Positions 11,630-26,700 of a DNA stretch of 64,000 bases are shown here, one piece after another. This DNA comes from Octopus bimaculoides (lineage: Eukaryota). The first letter of the stretch is position 1. The number at the start of each line of letters is the position of its first letter. The position numbers were made by a program, and so were the translations under genes. Under the pieces are notes generated by a model, which had not been told where the DNA came from, ran no database searches, and worked only from the letters and a program-made list of their open reading frames with translations. The stretch lies in contig NC_068985.1 of assembly GCF_001194135.2 (NCBI RefSeq), positions 22,350,745-22,414,744 of the forward strand. Direction: 5' to 3'.

Positions 11630-11664
<35 letters not shown>

Positions 11665-11681
11665 TTGTATNNNNNNNNNNA

Positions 11682-11724
<43 letters not shown>

Positions 11725-14700
11725 TTGTATTTAGAATATTGTAACAATACAAACATGAACAACATCAATGCACAAATAAAAGACAATAGCAAAATAATAA
11801 CCACTCAAAGAGGTAATTCTCATTTATACCAAAAATACTCTCTATGATAAACAAATCAAATGCAGTTCAACATAAATATAAAATCCCATAATAATGATTT
11901 GGTATTGTTGCTTTAATGGTGGAAAATAAATCTGAAGTTAAAATAATATAAAAAGGAAAAAACGAAGCAATTTGTATTAGTTTTACTTATTGAACATAAA
12001 ATTCAACACATTAGTAAAACTGAATATCTTTTGGAGGGGTGACATCATTAACATTTTGATATAATTAAAAATTAATGCAGCCTTGTTTTGTACATTGTAT
12101 TTAAATGATATAAACAATTTAAACTTTATTTTAGTTGACTTGTAGTTTCCTCTCTTTATTATATTTTTTATTATCTATTTACTATTTTTTTTTTTTTTTT
12201 TTCCAGAGTTGTAATCCTGTGAAAGATGGCATGATCAATGTTCATTTAGTGCCTCACACTCATGATGATGTTGGTTGGCTAAAAACAGTTGACCAATATT
12301 ATTATGGAGGTAAGTAATAAATTTGTGGAAAATTTCCCAGGAATGTTTTCTGCATGAACAATTTGTAGTTGAATGCAAGATAACAATCTACTTAAGTAGT
12401 GAGCCAAAAATAATTTTTGATTTATTTAAATTAAACTTATATTGAGAAGGAAAATCATTAGAATTAATGAGTTCTTGTTAAGGGAGAGAATTCTGAAATT
12501 TAAATTGATAAAAAATTAAACAGAGACATACAGTGAGGAGAGAGTTAGATCTTTGGTAGTTACAGTAACAACACATTTTTTTGTCTTTTTAAACCTCTTC
12601 AGTGAAGCATAGTCTAACACAGTGGTTCCCAAACTTTTTCAGGCTGCTACCCACTTAGCACTGAGGCCACATTCCTAGCACTCCACCCTCACCACCACAA
12701 ACATAAACCACTTTCTGCAGCAAATTCAAAACAACTGTAGTTCACTAATAAAACTTAACCTAATTAACCCATTATTTTGTTTACTTTTACATCCATCACC
12801 TCCCTTTTGGTCACTCTGTTATCACCCCATTTTTCTTCAACACCTCTCTGAGGGCGTGGGAGTACTGCCCACTTTGGGAACCATTAGTCTAACATGTAGC
12901 TACCACTTTCAGAGTTTGTAGCTGCTGCTTTTAGAGTTTATAATTATTTGTGTAAAAATTGTATACTAACTAGGTAATTTGAAGTAACAACATTGAGAAA
13001 TTTTCCAGGGCTGCATAATCACTAAATTTTAGATAGGATCTGATAAGGTTGTAATAGTTATCTTGTAGTCCCATGAATAGTTCTGTTACCATTATGCAGA
13101 GGACCTAGTCAACAGTCTATTAGTTTATTTGTGAAATGATTTATTTGTTCTAAACCTTGGCCATGACTTAGGCATTTAACTTTCTCTAGCTTAGTTCCAC
13201 TAGCTTAAAATTAGTACCTTAAAGAAATGTAACTCACTTCTATCAACTGTAGGGGCACTGGTAACTGATGTTTGTTTTCACTGCAGTACTGAAACATCAA
13301 TTAATCAGTATCAAATCTACTTCATTCTAATGACACCATTGGATGTCAGTGATAAACTCTTCTACATTGCAGTACCATCTGCTGTTATCAGAGATAAGAT
13401 TTATACTGTGCAGTACCACCTAGTGATGTCTGTTATAATCTTTTCTGCTCTAGGCACAAGGCCGAAAATTTTTTTGGGGGCGGGGCAGTTGATTAGATCA
13501 ACCAAAGTAAACAACTGGTACTTAATTTATTGACCCTGAAAGGATGAAAGGCAAAGTCGACCTCAGCAGAATTTGAACTCAGAATGTAAAGACAGATGAA
13601 ATACCACGAAGCATTTCGCCCAGCATGCTAACGTTTCTGCCAGCTCACCGCCTTGATAAAGTCTACTATATTATAGTACTATTTTCTGATACTAGAGATA
13701 AACTTCACCCATTGCAATACTACATGCTGATGTCAGTGGTTAATTAGAGAAAGAATCTTTTATCTTTTGTTTCTGTAATTAAACTGCGGCCATGTTGGGG
13801 GCACTACCTTGAAGAGTTTTTTTTAGTTGAATGAATAAAAATAAGTACCTTAGTACTTATTTTTAGTTTTTTAAGCCTGGTACTTATTCTATCTGTTTTT
13901 TTTCTGCCAAACTGCTAAGTTGCAAGAATGTAAATAAATGAACACTGGTTGTCAAGCTATGGTGGTGGGATACACACACACATATATGACTGGCTTCTTT
14001 CAGTTTCTGTTTACCAAATCTACTCACAAGGCTTTGGTTGGCCTGAGGCTATAGTAGAAAATGCTTGCCCAAGGTGCCACACAGTGAGACTGAACCTAGA
14101 ACCATGTTGTTAGGAAGCAAACTTCTTACCACACAGCTTTGGTAAGAAGTTTGAAATAAATATAATTACGCTAATGTAGATATAACCTTTTCTACTCTAG
14201 GCACAAGGCCTGAAATTTTGGGGGAGGGGGTCAATTGATTAGATCGACCCAGTATGCAACTGGTACTTAATTTATCAACCCCGAAAGGACAAGTCGACCT
14301 CGGCAGGATTTGAACTCAGAACGTAAAGACAGACGAAATATCACTAAGCATTTTGCCCAGTGTGCTAATGTTTCTGCTAGCTAGCTGCCTTCTAATGTAG
14401 ATATAATGATTCTCACATTGAAATGAATTTGTAAACTGGGGTGTAAGTAATGGTGTCAACTTCATTACATACCTGGTTTATCAACCGGAAAGAGATAAAG
14501 ACAAAGAAAACCAAAAAAGCAATGTCAACCGAAGTGCTAAAATAAAAGAACAGTAAGACAAAATGAGGAGTAACACTAAATACTGTAAGCTATTTGTCTG
14601 GCACGGAATCATTTCTGCAACTCCACTGTTTTCACAAACTTAAAATGTAAAAATTTCTACTTTAAGCACAAGGCAAGCAATTTTGACAGTGGAAGGGAGG

Positions 14701-17700
14701 GTTAATAGATTACATTGACTCCAGTATATGACTGGTACTCTATTTTAATGACTTTGAAAAGATGAAAGGCAAAACTGGCTTCATGGGATTTTAGCTCAGA
14801 ATGTAAAGGATAAGGAAATATTGGTTTCAAATTTTGGCACATGGCCAGCAATTTCGGGGGCGGGGGGGTAAGTTGATTACATCAACCCCAGTGCTCAACT
14901 GATACTTATTTTATCGATTCTGAAAGGATGAAAGGCAAAGTAAACTCAGAACATAAAGCCAGAAGAAATGCCACTAAGCATTTTGTCCAGCATGCTTAAT
15001 GATTCTGCCAGCTCACTATCTTAAACTAGAATGAATATTACAAGACATTTTTACTCCAATGCTATCAATCTACATATAAGGCCTGACGTTTGGGATAGAA
15101 GATTGATTAAATCAACCCCAGTACTTGACTAGTGTTGGCACTCCATCGCTTATGACGTCGAGGGTTCCAGTCGATCCGATCAACGGAACAGCCTGCCCGT
15201 GAAATTAACGTGCAAGTGGCTGAGCACTCCACAGATACGTGTACCCGTAACGTAGTTTTTGGGGATATTTAGTATGACACAGTGTGACAAGGCTGACCCT
15301 TTGAGTTACAGGCACAACAGAAACAGGAAGTAAGAGTGAGAGAAAGTTGTGGTGGAAGAGTACAACAGGGTTCGCCACCATCCTCTGCCGGAGCCTCGTG
15401 GAGCTTTTAGGTGTTTTCGCTCAATAAACACTCACAACGCCCGGTCTGGGAATCGAAACCGCAATGCTATAACCGCGAGTCCGCTGCCCTAACCACTGGG
15501 CCATTGCACCTCCACACTTGACTAGTACTTAGGGATGAAAGACAAAGTTGATTCTGGTAGGATTTGAACTTAGAATGTAAAGAGCTAGAAGAAATACCAT
15601 CAGGTGTTTGTCCAATACTATAATAATTTTGCCAATTTACCATCCTAAATTGTTTCTGACATTGACACAAGATCTGAAATTTGGGGGAAGGGTATTCAAT
15701 TATGTTGTACCCAGTGCTTAACTGGTAATTTATTTCATCAACTCTGGCGGGATGAAAGACAAAATTAACTATAGTTGTATTTGAACTCAGAATGTAACGA
15801 TTGGTAAGTAAATACTTGCAAAACATTTTGTGCAATACTATTATAATTCTGCTTACCCGCTACCCTAAATTAATATAAATATTATGACTTCTATTTGTTA
15901 CAGCCAAAACAAAAATTCAAAATGCAGGAGTACAATATATCTTGGATTCAGTAATTCAAGAGCTTTTGAAAGATCCTTCCAGGCGCTTTATATATGTAGA
16001 AATGGCCTTCTTTTGGCGCTGGTGGATTGAACAGCATGATCATACACGTCACATTGTACAGAAACTTGTTAAAGAAGGTAATTATTATAAGTTGATAAAT
16101 GTCCAAAAATATGTGTTTTTGCGCTAATGTTGTATAAATATCTTTTTATTCAAGTATTCTTTTTATTCTTTTTTCAAAACATTTTGATGTAGATTAGATA
16201 ATTAGATTAGTCAGAAATTGCTGATGTTGGGAGAAGGATTTGGAGAAACTGTTTAGTGTGGGATGTGGGAGGAAGGTACAGTAAAAGTAACAAAAGGAGG
16301 AGAGACAAGTGTGAGAGGAAGTAGTGTACAGCTATGAGATCAGAGAAGCAGGAACCATTGCAATAATTATAGAAGAAGCAGAGAGAAGAAACATCACATC
16401 TATGAGTTTATGGTTGTAGAGTTTGGCCAATGAGTTTTTTTGTCAACAGTTGGATGGCATGGTTTTTGGCTACTTTCTAGGATATTTGTATATGTAGCTG
16501 AAGCACTGTCTCAGATATGTGAATACTGCTCCTATGTGAATTTTATTTGATCTTTGTACATGGTCAGCTACTTGGGCCTTGAATATTTTTGGATATTATT
16601 TTGGCAATATTAGCTAAGATTCCACGATAGATCATCATAGACTGTAAGGCCAACTGTTTGTAGTGAATTTGATAGTTGCTATCTTAAGTAATCTTCAAAA
16701 GGTGAAGTATACTTTCCATTAGTTAATTCAGATAAAACAATAAAATATGCTGATCAATTGTTGGCCCTCAAAAAAATTCAGTTAGAATCTTCATTCACAT
16801 ATCTAGGACAATGCAGCTTTGAGCAAACAAACGCACTCATGCGTTTGCACATAGATATGCATTGAATGTACCCAAATGAACACCATCTGGCTAACTGGCA
16901 AAGCTTCACTGACTAACAAACTACAATCACTAGTTCACAGATGTGCTGTTTCTTCTTGCAGTTTTACTTTGAACTTGAAAACTATGTACCACATCTGTCT
17001 TAATCTATCAGATGAAGCTTTTCCACTCTCAATCCCTACTTTAGCACACTAATCTCTTACACTGAGCATTTACCTAATCCTTAATTAACAAGTGTTACAT
17101 GAGATAGCAGTATCAGCTTAGTATCCACAGTCTGAAAAAGACTCAGAAAATTACTCCTAACATGAAGACAGTCTTCACCGGTTCCTCAGTATTCAAATAA
17201 ATTACGGGACATTACTTCTTTACTTTAAATGTATTTGCTTTATACTAAAATGTTTTGCTATAAAATCAGGTTGATCATATGTAGTTAACATATAGTGCTT
17301 TAAAGATATGGAATTTTCTTTTAACAAGACTGATATGAATTTATTTTCAATTTGTAGGACGCTTGGAATTCATACTTGGAGGCTGGACCATGAATGATGA
17401 AGCAGCAACACACTATAGTGCAATCATTGATCAACATACTCTTGGTTTTGAATTTCTATCAAAGACCTTTGGTGAATGTGGCCGGCCAAGAGTAGCCTGG
17501 CAGATTGACCCATTTGGTCACTCAAAAGAAATGGCATCTTTATTTGCTGGAGTAAGGAGTTAACTGGTTTCCTTTGTTATAACTAATTATATATGAGGGT
17601 GTTGTTGTTTAGCCCCAGTCCAGTCCTAACTGAGTGGACTTATGATCAAAAGCAATCAAGTTGTGACGATCCCATCCTTTTTCAGGTACTGTGTAGTTCA

Positions 17701-20700
17701 AACTACATTGTCCAATAAGTTTTTTTAAGATTGAAGGTGTAATTTTAAGGAGATTTGGTTACTTTTCCTTGTAGGTCAATTGACAACATGGAAGCTCCCT
17801 TGTTGGTTTATTATATTTAATTTTGTAGGAAATCAGTATTTTAAGTGCTCCAAATGTATGTGAGCAGCTAAGTATTAATTTTAGAAGTTTAAATGTAAAG
17901 CAAGAAATTAGTCAAAAATTAGTGACAGCTAAGCATGATTAAAGTGGTAAGAATCTCACATATCTGGAAATTGGTGAAAACCTAATGCTGCATAGATAGT
18001 GTAACTAAAAAAGTAAGCAATTTCCTAATAATATTCTATTGATGGGAAAACATAAGACAAGGACACCTTTTAGAAAGCAATGGAATTTTATGTTCTGTCG
18101 TGATCATGTTGGCTTTTCACACATTATATTCTTTTAATTCCAGGCAGGATATTTTATATAACTCATTAAATGATTGTTTAAATTCAGCTATTGCGCTGCT
18201 GAGTAAATTTTCTATATTCAGTATGTATTTGTTCTATCATTAACCTTCCTTGAAAACAAATATTTTCATTATTTGCTACATATCATTTTTCACCAAGTGA
18301 GTGAGTCCATTAACAACATCACTGAAAACTCCATCTTTATATTATGTACTTTGGGCAAGGAAGTTTAGCAGAGAGCAGTTTTCTCTAAGTTATTTCCACA
18401 GAAAGTGTTGGAATAGCATTACAAACTTTGTAGAAACACTAGTCAAGTGCATCTACTTGGCTGTTTAACTTGTTAGAAGTAGCAGCTAAATCTCCCTTAA
18501 ATCACCCCTGGCTATCTTAAATAAGGAAAAGACACGTTGGTTAATAATGTAGTTGTAGATATTCTAAAACAGCAAGGTGTTTATTGATGGAAAAATCTTT
18601 GGTCATAAGTCTACTCAACCAGGGTTGACTTGGAGATAAGCAACAATTACTATAACAATAATGCTGTTTAGAGTTGTGAGTTCTTTGAATATATTTAGTA
18701 CTTATTTATAGTTAAATGGGCTGGACTACTTGATAGTTAAGTGGTTTTGTCACTGGCACTACAAAGTACTAGTGGCAGAATGCAGATTACCAGTTTCTCA
18801 ACTGTTTGTGTGGTACCTAATCCTCATTTCCTACCTCTCTTTGTATTTATTGTTTGTCTGCAATATTAATTATTTATTTTGTTTTGTAGATGGGTTTTGA
18901 TGGATTATTTTTTGGACGGGCTGACTACCAAGATATAGTAAAACGTGTGCTTGATAAAGATATGGAAATGATTTGGAAAGCAAACCAAAACATTGGTACA
19001 TTCTTATATGTTTCCTCATTATTTTGAAACTTTTGTTAACATTTGAAATAAAACTTAATTGATTTTCAAATTAAAATCTATTTTTAAGTGTTCTATTGAC
19101 AAATCTTTGATTTTTTACTTTAGAAACATTTTAATATTTAGGCCCAGGCATGGTCGTGTGGATAAGAAGCTTGCTTTGCAACCTCATGGTTTTGGGTTCA
19201 GTCCCACTGTGCAGAATCTTTAGCAAGTGTCTTCTGTTATTGCCTCAGGCTGACCAATGCCTTTGAATGAATTTAGTGGATGAAAACTACATGGACGCCT
19301 GTTATATATATGCATGTATAAATGTACATGTATGTGTCTTTGTCTCCCAACACCATTTGACAACTGGTGTTGGTTTATTTATATCCCTGTAACTTAGTGG
19401 TTCAGCAAAAGAAATTGATAGTATAAGTACTAGACTTAAAATAAGTACTGGGGATGATTTGTTTGATTAAATCCTTCAATGTGCTGTCCCAGCATGGCTT
19501 CAGTCTAATGAATGAAACAAGTAAATGATAAAGGATTTAAAATTGGAGTTTGGAATACATTATGCAATTCCACATTTAGAAAGCACTTTTCTTTTTCTTT
19601 TTTTGCCTTTTATAATTCAAGATTTTCTAGAAACTTTAATACAGGTACAACATTGATTTTTTTTAACGTTTAATTCCAAAGCTTTTCTAGATTTTGGGAT
19701 CATTACCTTGGTCAACACACTCTAAATTAAACAAATATTAAATTTAGTTAAATAATTAAATGAAATACAGGTACCTGTACATTAGTGTAGATTAGTGTGA
19801 ATTATAAGCAGTTCTAGACCATCAGTGTCTGGAAAATTAGTGTTGTACCTGTACCTGGCTTAGGTATATCTTTGAAAAACATGACATGTTCTCTGACTTT
19901 AACATTGCGGCATTGGCTGTAAACCTGAGTATCACCACCTGTAACACAGAGGAGAGGAAGATAAACGAATACAGGAGCCTGACCGGCCACTGCCAGTTTG
20001 TGCTGGTTGCAATTGAGATCTTAGATCAGTGGCTCCCCACCTGTGGTCTGCAGACCTCTGGTGGTTTGCAAAGGTAGTTTTGGGGTTCTGTGAACATGTT
20101 AAGCTGACAGGCCTTTCAATATCCTGGAGTCCGTGGGAAAACTCATATAAATAAAAGGAGTGCTTGATAGTGAAAAGGTTGGGGACTACTACCTTAGGTG
20201 TTCTTGGACCCTGCAGTGCTAATTTCCTCTGCAAAACTGGGATAACTGTGGCCTATTTGAGAAACGAGCTTTGTAAGGTGGGGTGACTATTGCAGTGAGT
20301 GTTGCTAGCCATTCTCTGTGACGACATTTTTGGAATCATGTCCATGAGGCGCAGCTGAACACACCATTTGGTCTGGAGTGTACTCCCCCTTCTCATCTGC
20401 TGCTTACCCCCCCTTTTTTTTCTTTTCTTTTCTTTCCTTGGTGAGATAGTTCTGGGGTTTGTTTTCTTGATTTGATTTTTTTAATACTTTTAATCATAGA
20501 TTTTTTCATTTCTTTTCTTCTTGTAAAAATGTGTTGCTAAATAAAAATGTATTTTATATGTAAAAAAAATAAAAAATAATAAATTGAATCACTCTTTCCA
20601 ATTTTTCATTTGGAAATGTAATTGTAGGTGATGATGCAGATTTATTCACTGGAATACTGCTAAATGGCTATAATCCACCCCCTGGATTTTGTTTTGATGA

Positions 20701-23700
20701 ACTGTGTCAGGATGATCCCATTATGGTAAATCTTTTTGAAATAATTTTTTTTTCATTTATCATTACTNNNNNNNNNNNNNNNNNNNNNNNNNNNNNNNNN
20801 NNNNNNNNNNNNNNNNNNNNNNNNNNNNNNNNNNNNNNNNNNNNNNNNNNNNNNNNNNNNNNNNNNNNNNNNNNNNNNNNNNNNNNNNNNNNNNNNNNNN
20901 NNNNNNNNNNNNNNNNNNNNNNNNNNNNNNNNNNNNNNNNNNNNNNNNNNNNNNNNNNNNNNNNNNNNNNNNNNNNNNNNNNNNNNNNNNNNNNNNNNNN
21001 NNNNNNNNNNNNNNNNNNNNNNNNNNNNNNNNNNNNNAAAAGACATTCGAGCGAGATCGTTGCCAGTGCCGATGGACTGGCTCCTGTGCAGGTGGCACGT
21101 AAAATACACCATTTCGAGCGTGGCTATCGCCAGTACCGCCTGACTGGCCCTCGTGCCGGTGACACGTAAAAGCACCCACTACACTCTCGGAGTGGTTGGC
21201 GTTAGGAAGGGCATCCAGCTGTAGAAACTCTGCCAGATCAGATTGGAGCCTGGTGTCGCCTCCTGGTCCACCAGTCCTCAATCAAATCGTCCAGCCCATG
21301 CTAGCATGGAAAGCAGACGTTAAACGACGATGATGATGATGATGATGATTAAGTCTGAGAATATATTTATTAAATTAAATTTTATTCTATCTTTGTGTGC
21401 ATGCAGGGTATGCATTGCCCCTCTAATGTCTTTTTTTGTCATTTGTAGAGCATTACTCATGATAGCCATATAACACAGTCTCATGCTGGGTGTCAATGAC
21501 AAAATACTAACAACAGTGTGTTCTTATGATGATAGTATTAAGTTAGTTCTAGAGTTGATCATCGCGTGTGATTTATAATGGTTTATAAATATAAGTTTGA
21601 CATTTAAAAAAAAAAAAATTCTCCTTGACTGGAAAACTTATGACTTATAACATTTATATTATTCTGAATTATATTTAGATGGGGAGAACAGATGTTAAAT
21701 TTATGATCTACAAAATATCGGGAAATACATTTTTTTTCCAGTTAGTGTATTTTTATGTATTATATTGTCTTTTGATCTTTCATTTAAGGATAATCCACGA
21801 TTCAAAGAGAACAACCTGAATGAAAAGCTGATTATGTTCACTACCTGGGTTATGATGAAGGTAAGATATGGGATTTTTTTTTATGAATTAGAGGGGAGGT
21901 AAGGGCTGCAACCATAACCTTCACATGTCCTCTGAGATTAGTGAAAATGATGTGGTTTATGTTTAACTTGAACATCTGTAATTGAGAAGGAAGATGCAGG
22001 CAAGAAAGAAATTTCAGGATTTGATCTCAGGATTGGGTACAGTGGTTAGTGGGGAGTCTGGATATTGTGACACAATTGGGGTGGGTAAGTGAGTGTGTTG
22101 AGTGTGCCTGGGCAGAAATGGTGATATGCAACTAACTAGTTCGGAGGATAGTGATTAAATAGGCAGAAAGACAAGACAATATAGTAAAGGACCAGAGATT
22201 GTGTTGGTGAGTGACTTAATGCTAATCAGTCACACGACCTTCTTTTGGGTGTAGTCTAGAATTGACAACGTTTGGATGTGGTTTATAGCAGCTGCAACTT
22301 TCCAAAAGTAGGAACAGTGCTCCATTTTGCTCCTTACAGCTCAAACCTTCAGGTGAAGTACAAAATTGCTTGTTTGAGAGGAGCAGTGATTGTTTTTTGT
22401 GATGTTGAAAGAGATTAGATTGATATATCTTCATTCAAGGATGTTTTAAGTTCTCTATTCATGAAGGCTGTGCAAATTTAGTTTGAGGTGTGTAAGTTGC
22501 ATGTGGATGATGCTTGTATGTTATTTTATTTCATTCTGGTGTTGTCATTTTAATGTTTTTTTCTAAAATAGTAAAACAGAAACACTTAATTTTTGAACAT
22601 TTGACAAGTTTTCTTTTTAAGTTTTGTCTTTAGTAAGTTTATCATTTTTTAATTATATTTGCTTAGTTAGAAATTTTGTACTTTTTTTTTCCATTATTTA
22701 ACTTTGCTATTTTCCCAAATGTTGTGAAATATTTCTGCCATTCTGTTTATTAACTCTATATCTTATCTGTTTCTAACTCTCAAATTTCATTTATATATAT
22801 ATGATTTTTTCTACTCTTATTTTTTTTTTAGTCTTTAACTCTGAGAACCAAACACATTATGCTAACAATGGGTTCGGACTTTCAGTACAGTAATGCCAAC
22901 GCTTGGTACAAGAATCTAGACAAACTTATTAAGTACATTAATGCCAAAGTAAGTTGTGCTTTTATATATATATCTTTAATTCATGTTTCTTTTTCAATGT
23001 GTTTATAGCTATTGCAGGTTCTTTGATGGAACAAAGAGTTATATTTTTGAAAATTCTTTCCTACATATTTATCAGAGACATTTTTGCGTCAATTTCTCCA
23101 AATCTAGACAGAGGTTCTACAACATTCAAAATAATTTATTTTCATGTTCTGCCAGCAAATACTAACTTGGTTGGAAAAACGAAAAAGACAGTGTAGAGAA
23201 TTGCTGGGTGTTACTTATAGACAAGCTGTCATGGAAGTGAACTAAGCAGAAAGCTAAGGTATATCCATATAAGAAAGAAGCGGACAATCAGAGATTTTTC
23301 TTTCATTTTATGGTTTGATCTGGAAGAGAAGATAATACTGATGACCTTCACAAGTCTTCTCACCGAGACTGATGTGACTGATGCAATTGATGCTCACTTT
23401 AGATATCCATAAAATGATGTCTGCAAGAAAAAAAATTTTTGGAAAGGGAGTTTCCAAGGGGTGATATTCTAGGGAGGAAGGATTAATACAGGGCTGAGCG
23501 AGGTGTGGGTTAAGATACATTATGGGTGATAACAGAAGAGACAAGTAGGTCTATGTGTATAGTAATCAATTAGTTGAGTTTGAATAAGTAGAGTGAAGGA
23601 ACAACACATTTGTCATGTTTGTGGGTTAGTTGGTTGCAATGAGTTGTTGAGTGAGAAGTAGTCTTTGCCAATCAGTCTAAAGGTTTTCTCTTGGATGTAG

Positions 23701-26700
23701 TCGAGGAAGTTTATGTATGTAGCAGCAGTAGCATTATCCCAGATGTAAGGACACTACTCCATTGTGAGCCATACTTGAGCTTTGCAGTGAGTCGTCAGCA
23801 GTTTTGATCTTTAATATTAAGAGGATGAGGAGTTTGGCCATGTTTCAGATGATGTTTTAGTGGTTTTCGGATGAATCAAGATGTCTGTCAGAAATGATGT
23901 GAGCAAATTTGTCTTCAGTGACAATGAAATGAAAGGGATTAAAAGAAAAAATGTTACGATAGGCTATTGTTGACTCTACTCTCTTCATGTAAACCAATAT
24001 AAAAAAGTGTATTAAGTCTTAATTTGACTTAGTGGATTTGTCAAGCTCAAGATTATTTAAAAAAAGGTTCAAATTTCAGGCTTTTTAGATATGCTGGCAT
24101 ATCAACTTTGTTTTTGATAGATTTTTCAAAATTAGCCCTTTCTCTGGCAACTTTTTTTGGAGAAAAACGTTTCATTTTCAGATAAATTTTTTTTTAACAG
24201 TTGAGCTTGCACTCTCATCTGATGTATCCAAGCTTCTAATAGAAGGTTCATGCTCCTTGTCATCTTCTGAGCCTGACATCTGGGCGTAATTTGTAAAAGA
24301 AAAGCAGATAAAAACTGAGAAATGCTGAGAATTGATGTATAAACTCATCTGTGTCTGTTTTTGAAACTATGTTTTGGATAAGTTTACTTGTCATACTCTG
24401 AAAAAGACAAATTAGGTGAAAACAAGTTAACTTGTCTTTGGCAGGTAATGAGTTAAACTGCTGAGTTTTATGCCTTGATGTGGTGCCTAGTGTAAATTTT
24501 GACAGAAAAAGGTTTAGATAATTTTTACCACTTTGTTGGATGTAGAATAACCTGTATGAGTCAGAATTATAAATAGTAATGAAATATTGGGTTTGAAACA
24601 GAGGTTCTACTGCAGCTGGACTAGAATAAATTCAGTGTGATTGTTGTGCATCATTGTCATGATTATCATCTCTCCTGCAATAACAAATACGTTTTTCCAT
24701 GCTGTTAGTAACTGAAGAAGCAAACGTTTACTATAACATCAGTCCCTTAATTTTATATGCTTTATCCATTGTATTTTGCAGCAAGCAAAAGGCAGCAAAT
24801 TGAATTTGATTTATTCTACCCCATCATGCTACCTTTATCAACTAAACAGAGCAAACATTACATGGCCTGTGAAAACAGACGATTTTTTTCCATATGCTGA
24901 CCGACTTCATAGCTACTGGACAGGTTATTTTACCAGCAGGCCTGCAATTAAGCAGTTCATTCGAGAATCTAGCAATTTATTCCAAGTAAGATTGTGTTGA
25001 AACAATGACAGTTCAGTTCAATTTTGCTGTTTATCAATGACAAGAAAATACATGCTAAAAAAAAAAAAGAGAATTAATATTCAAAGTATGGTACTAATAT
25101 GTGATTTCTATTAATAATCCTATTTATTAAGGTGGTGTGCTGGCAGAATTGTTAAGTGTAAGGTGGTGAGCTGACAGAAACGTTCACCCTCTGCATGCGA
25201 TTAGACTCAGAAAGTTTGAGAAGAACCCATCGACCCAATTTGCTGACTTTTCCGATGGCACATAGGTGTTGATGAATGGTTGAATGACCAAATCCAAGCT
25301 TCTCTGCTAGTTCCTCAACAGTTCCGATGGGATTTTGTTCCACCAGGTTTTGTAGGATGTCCTCATCAAGCTCTACAGATCCTCCAGGATGAGGCTCGTC
25401 TTCTAGGCTGTAGTTTCCAGCTCAGAATTCCTGGAACCACCATTGATATCGGTTTATACTTATTGTCCAGTCCTCATATACTGCATTAATATTCCTCACA
25501 CTTTCCAATGTGTTGTTGCTTTTATTGAACTCATAAAGCAAAATATGCCGAATATGCTCCTTTGTTGCTTCCATTATAGCTTTGAAAAAATAGCTGTTAA
25601 AATCGAACTGCACTCTTCAAAACTTGCACTAAGAATAAGGACAAGGTAAAATTACTACCTGCTTTTATAGCAAGTTGATGCAGGTAGTTTATCTAGTCTC
25701 GTTCCACCTTTCAGTTCATGCAATTGAAAAAAACTGCATTATTTATGGGATGACCCGATATATCTTTTATCTTTTACTTGTTTTAGTTATTAAACTGTGG
25801 CCATGCTAGGGCACCACTTTGAAGAATTTTTAGTTGAGTGAATCGACCCCCCACTACTTATGTTTTTTAGTTCTCATGCTTATGCTATTGTTCTCTTTTT
25901 GCTGAACCGCTAAGTTATGGGGACATAAACACTCCAACACCAGTTATGCGGTGATCGGGGGCAGACACAGACAGAGGGAGAGTGCATAGTTATATTTAAT
26001 TCCACAGGGTTGAAAGTCAAAGTCAACTCCAATTGAGTTTGAACACAGAATGAAGAAAAACAATCTAGTGTAATGTTATTTAGGCACACCAGTAAAAATA
26101 TAATAACAATAAAAATTAAATAAACCATTAAAAAAACGGAAGTTTTTTAATTAACATTCTAAATCTGAAATAACTAAAATAAGCATCAGAAAAATTTGAC
26201 AGTAAATTTTGTTATTGCTTTTGCTTTGGAAATATTTTGACAGGTCACTCGACATTTAGACGTGTTCGCTCAACTTCAGAACCACATAGATTTGTTTAGA
26301 GTGTGTAAGTAAAGCTTTTATTTATTCATTTTTTTCACTCCTCTGAGTAGAACCTTGTGCAAACCCTGGGCCAATTGAAGTCTTGAGTGGATTTAGTAGA
26401 TGGAAACTGAAAGAGTTTGTTGCAGAGTGGTTGGTGTTAGGAAGGGCATCCAGCCATAAAATCCCTGCCAAAACAAAGTAGCCTAGGGTAGTTTTTCTAC
26501 CTGGCTGGCTCCTGTCAACTGTCCTACCCATGCATGCATGGAAGATGGACGTTAAACAATGATGATGATGGTGATACATATATATATATATATATATATA
26601 TCTTTTAGTTGTTCCAGTTATTAGACTGTAGCCATTGAAGAGTTTTTAATCAAATGAATTGACTCCAGTACTTATTTTTTGTTTAGCCTGATACTTATTC

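Noticed and set aside
11621-11730. Apparent duplication of a (GT)n block
   Set aside because: Same pattern around a 10-N gap; assembly artefact.
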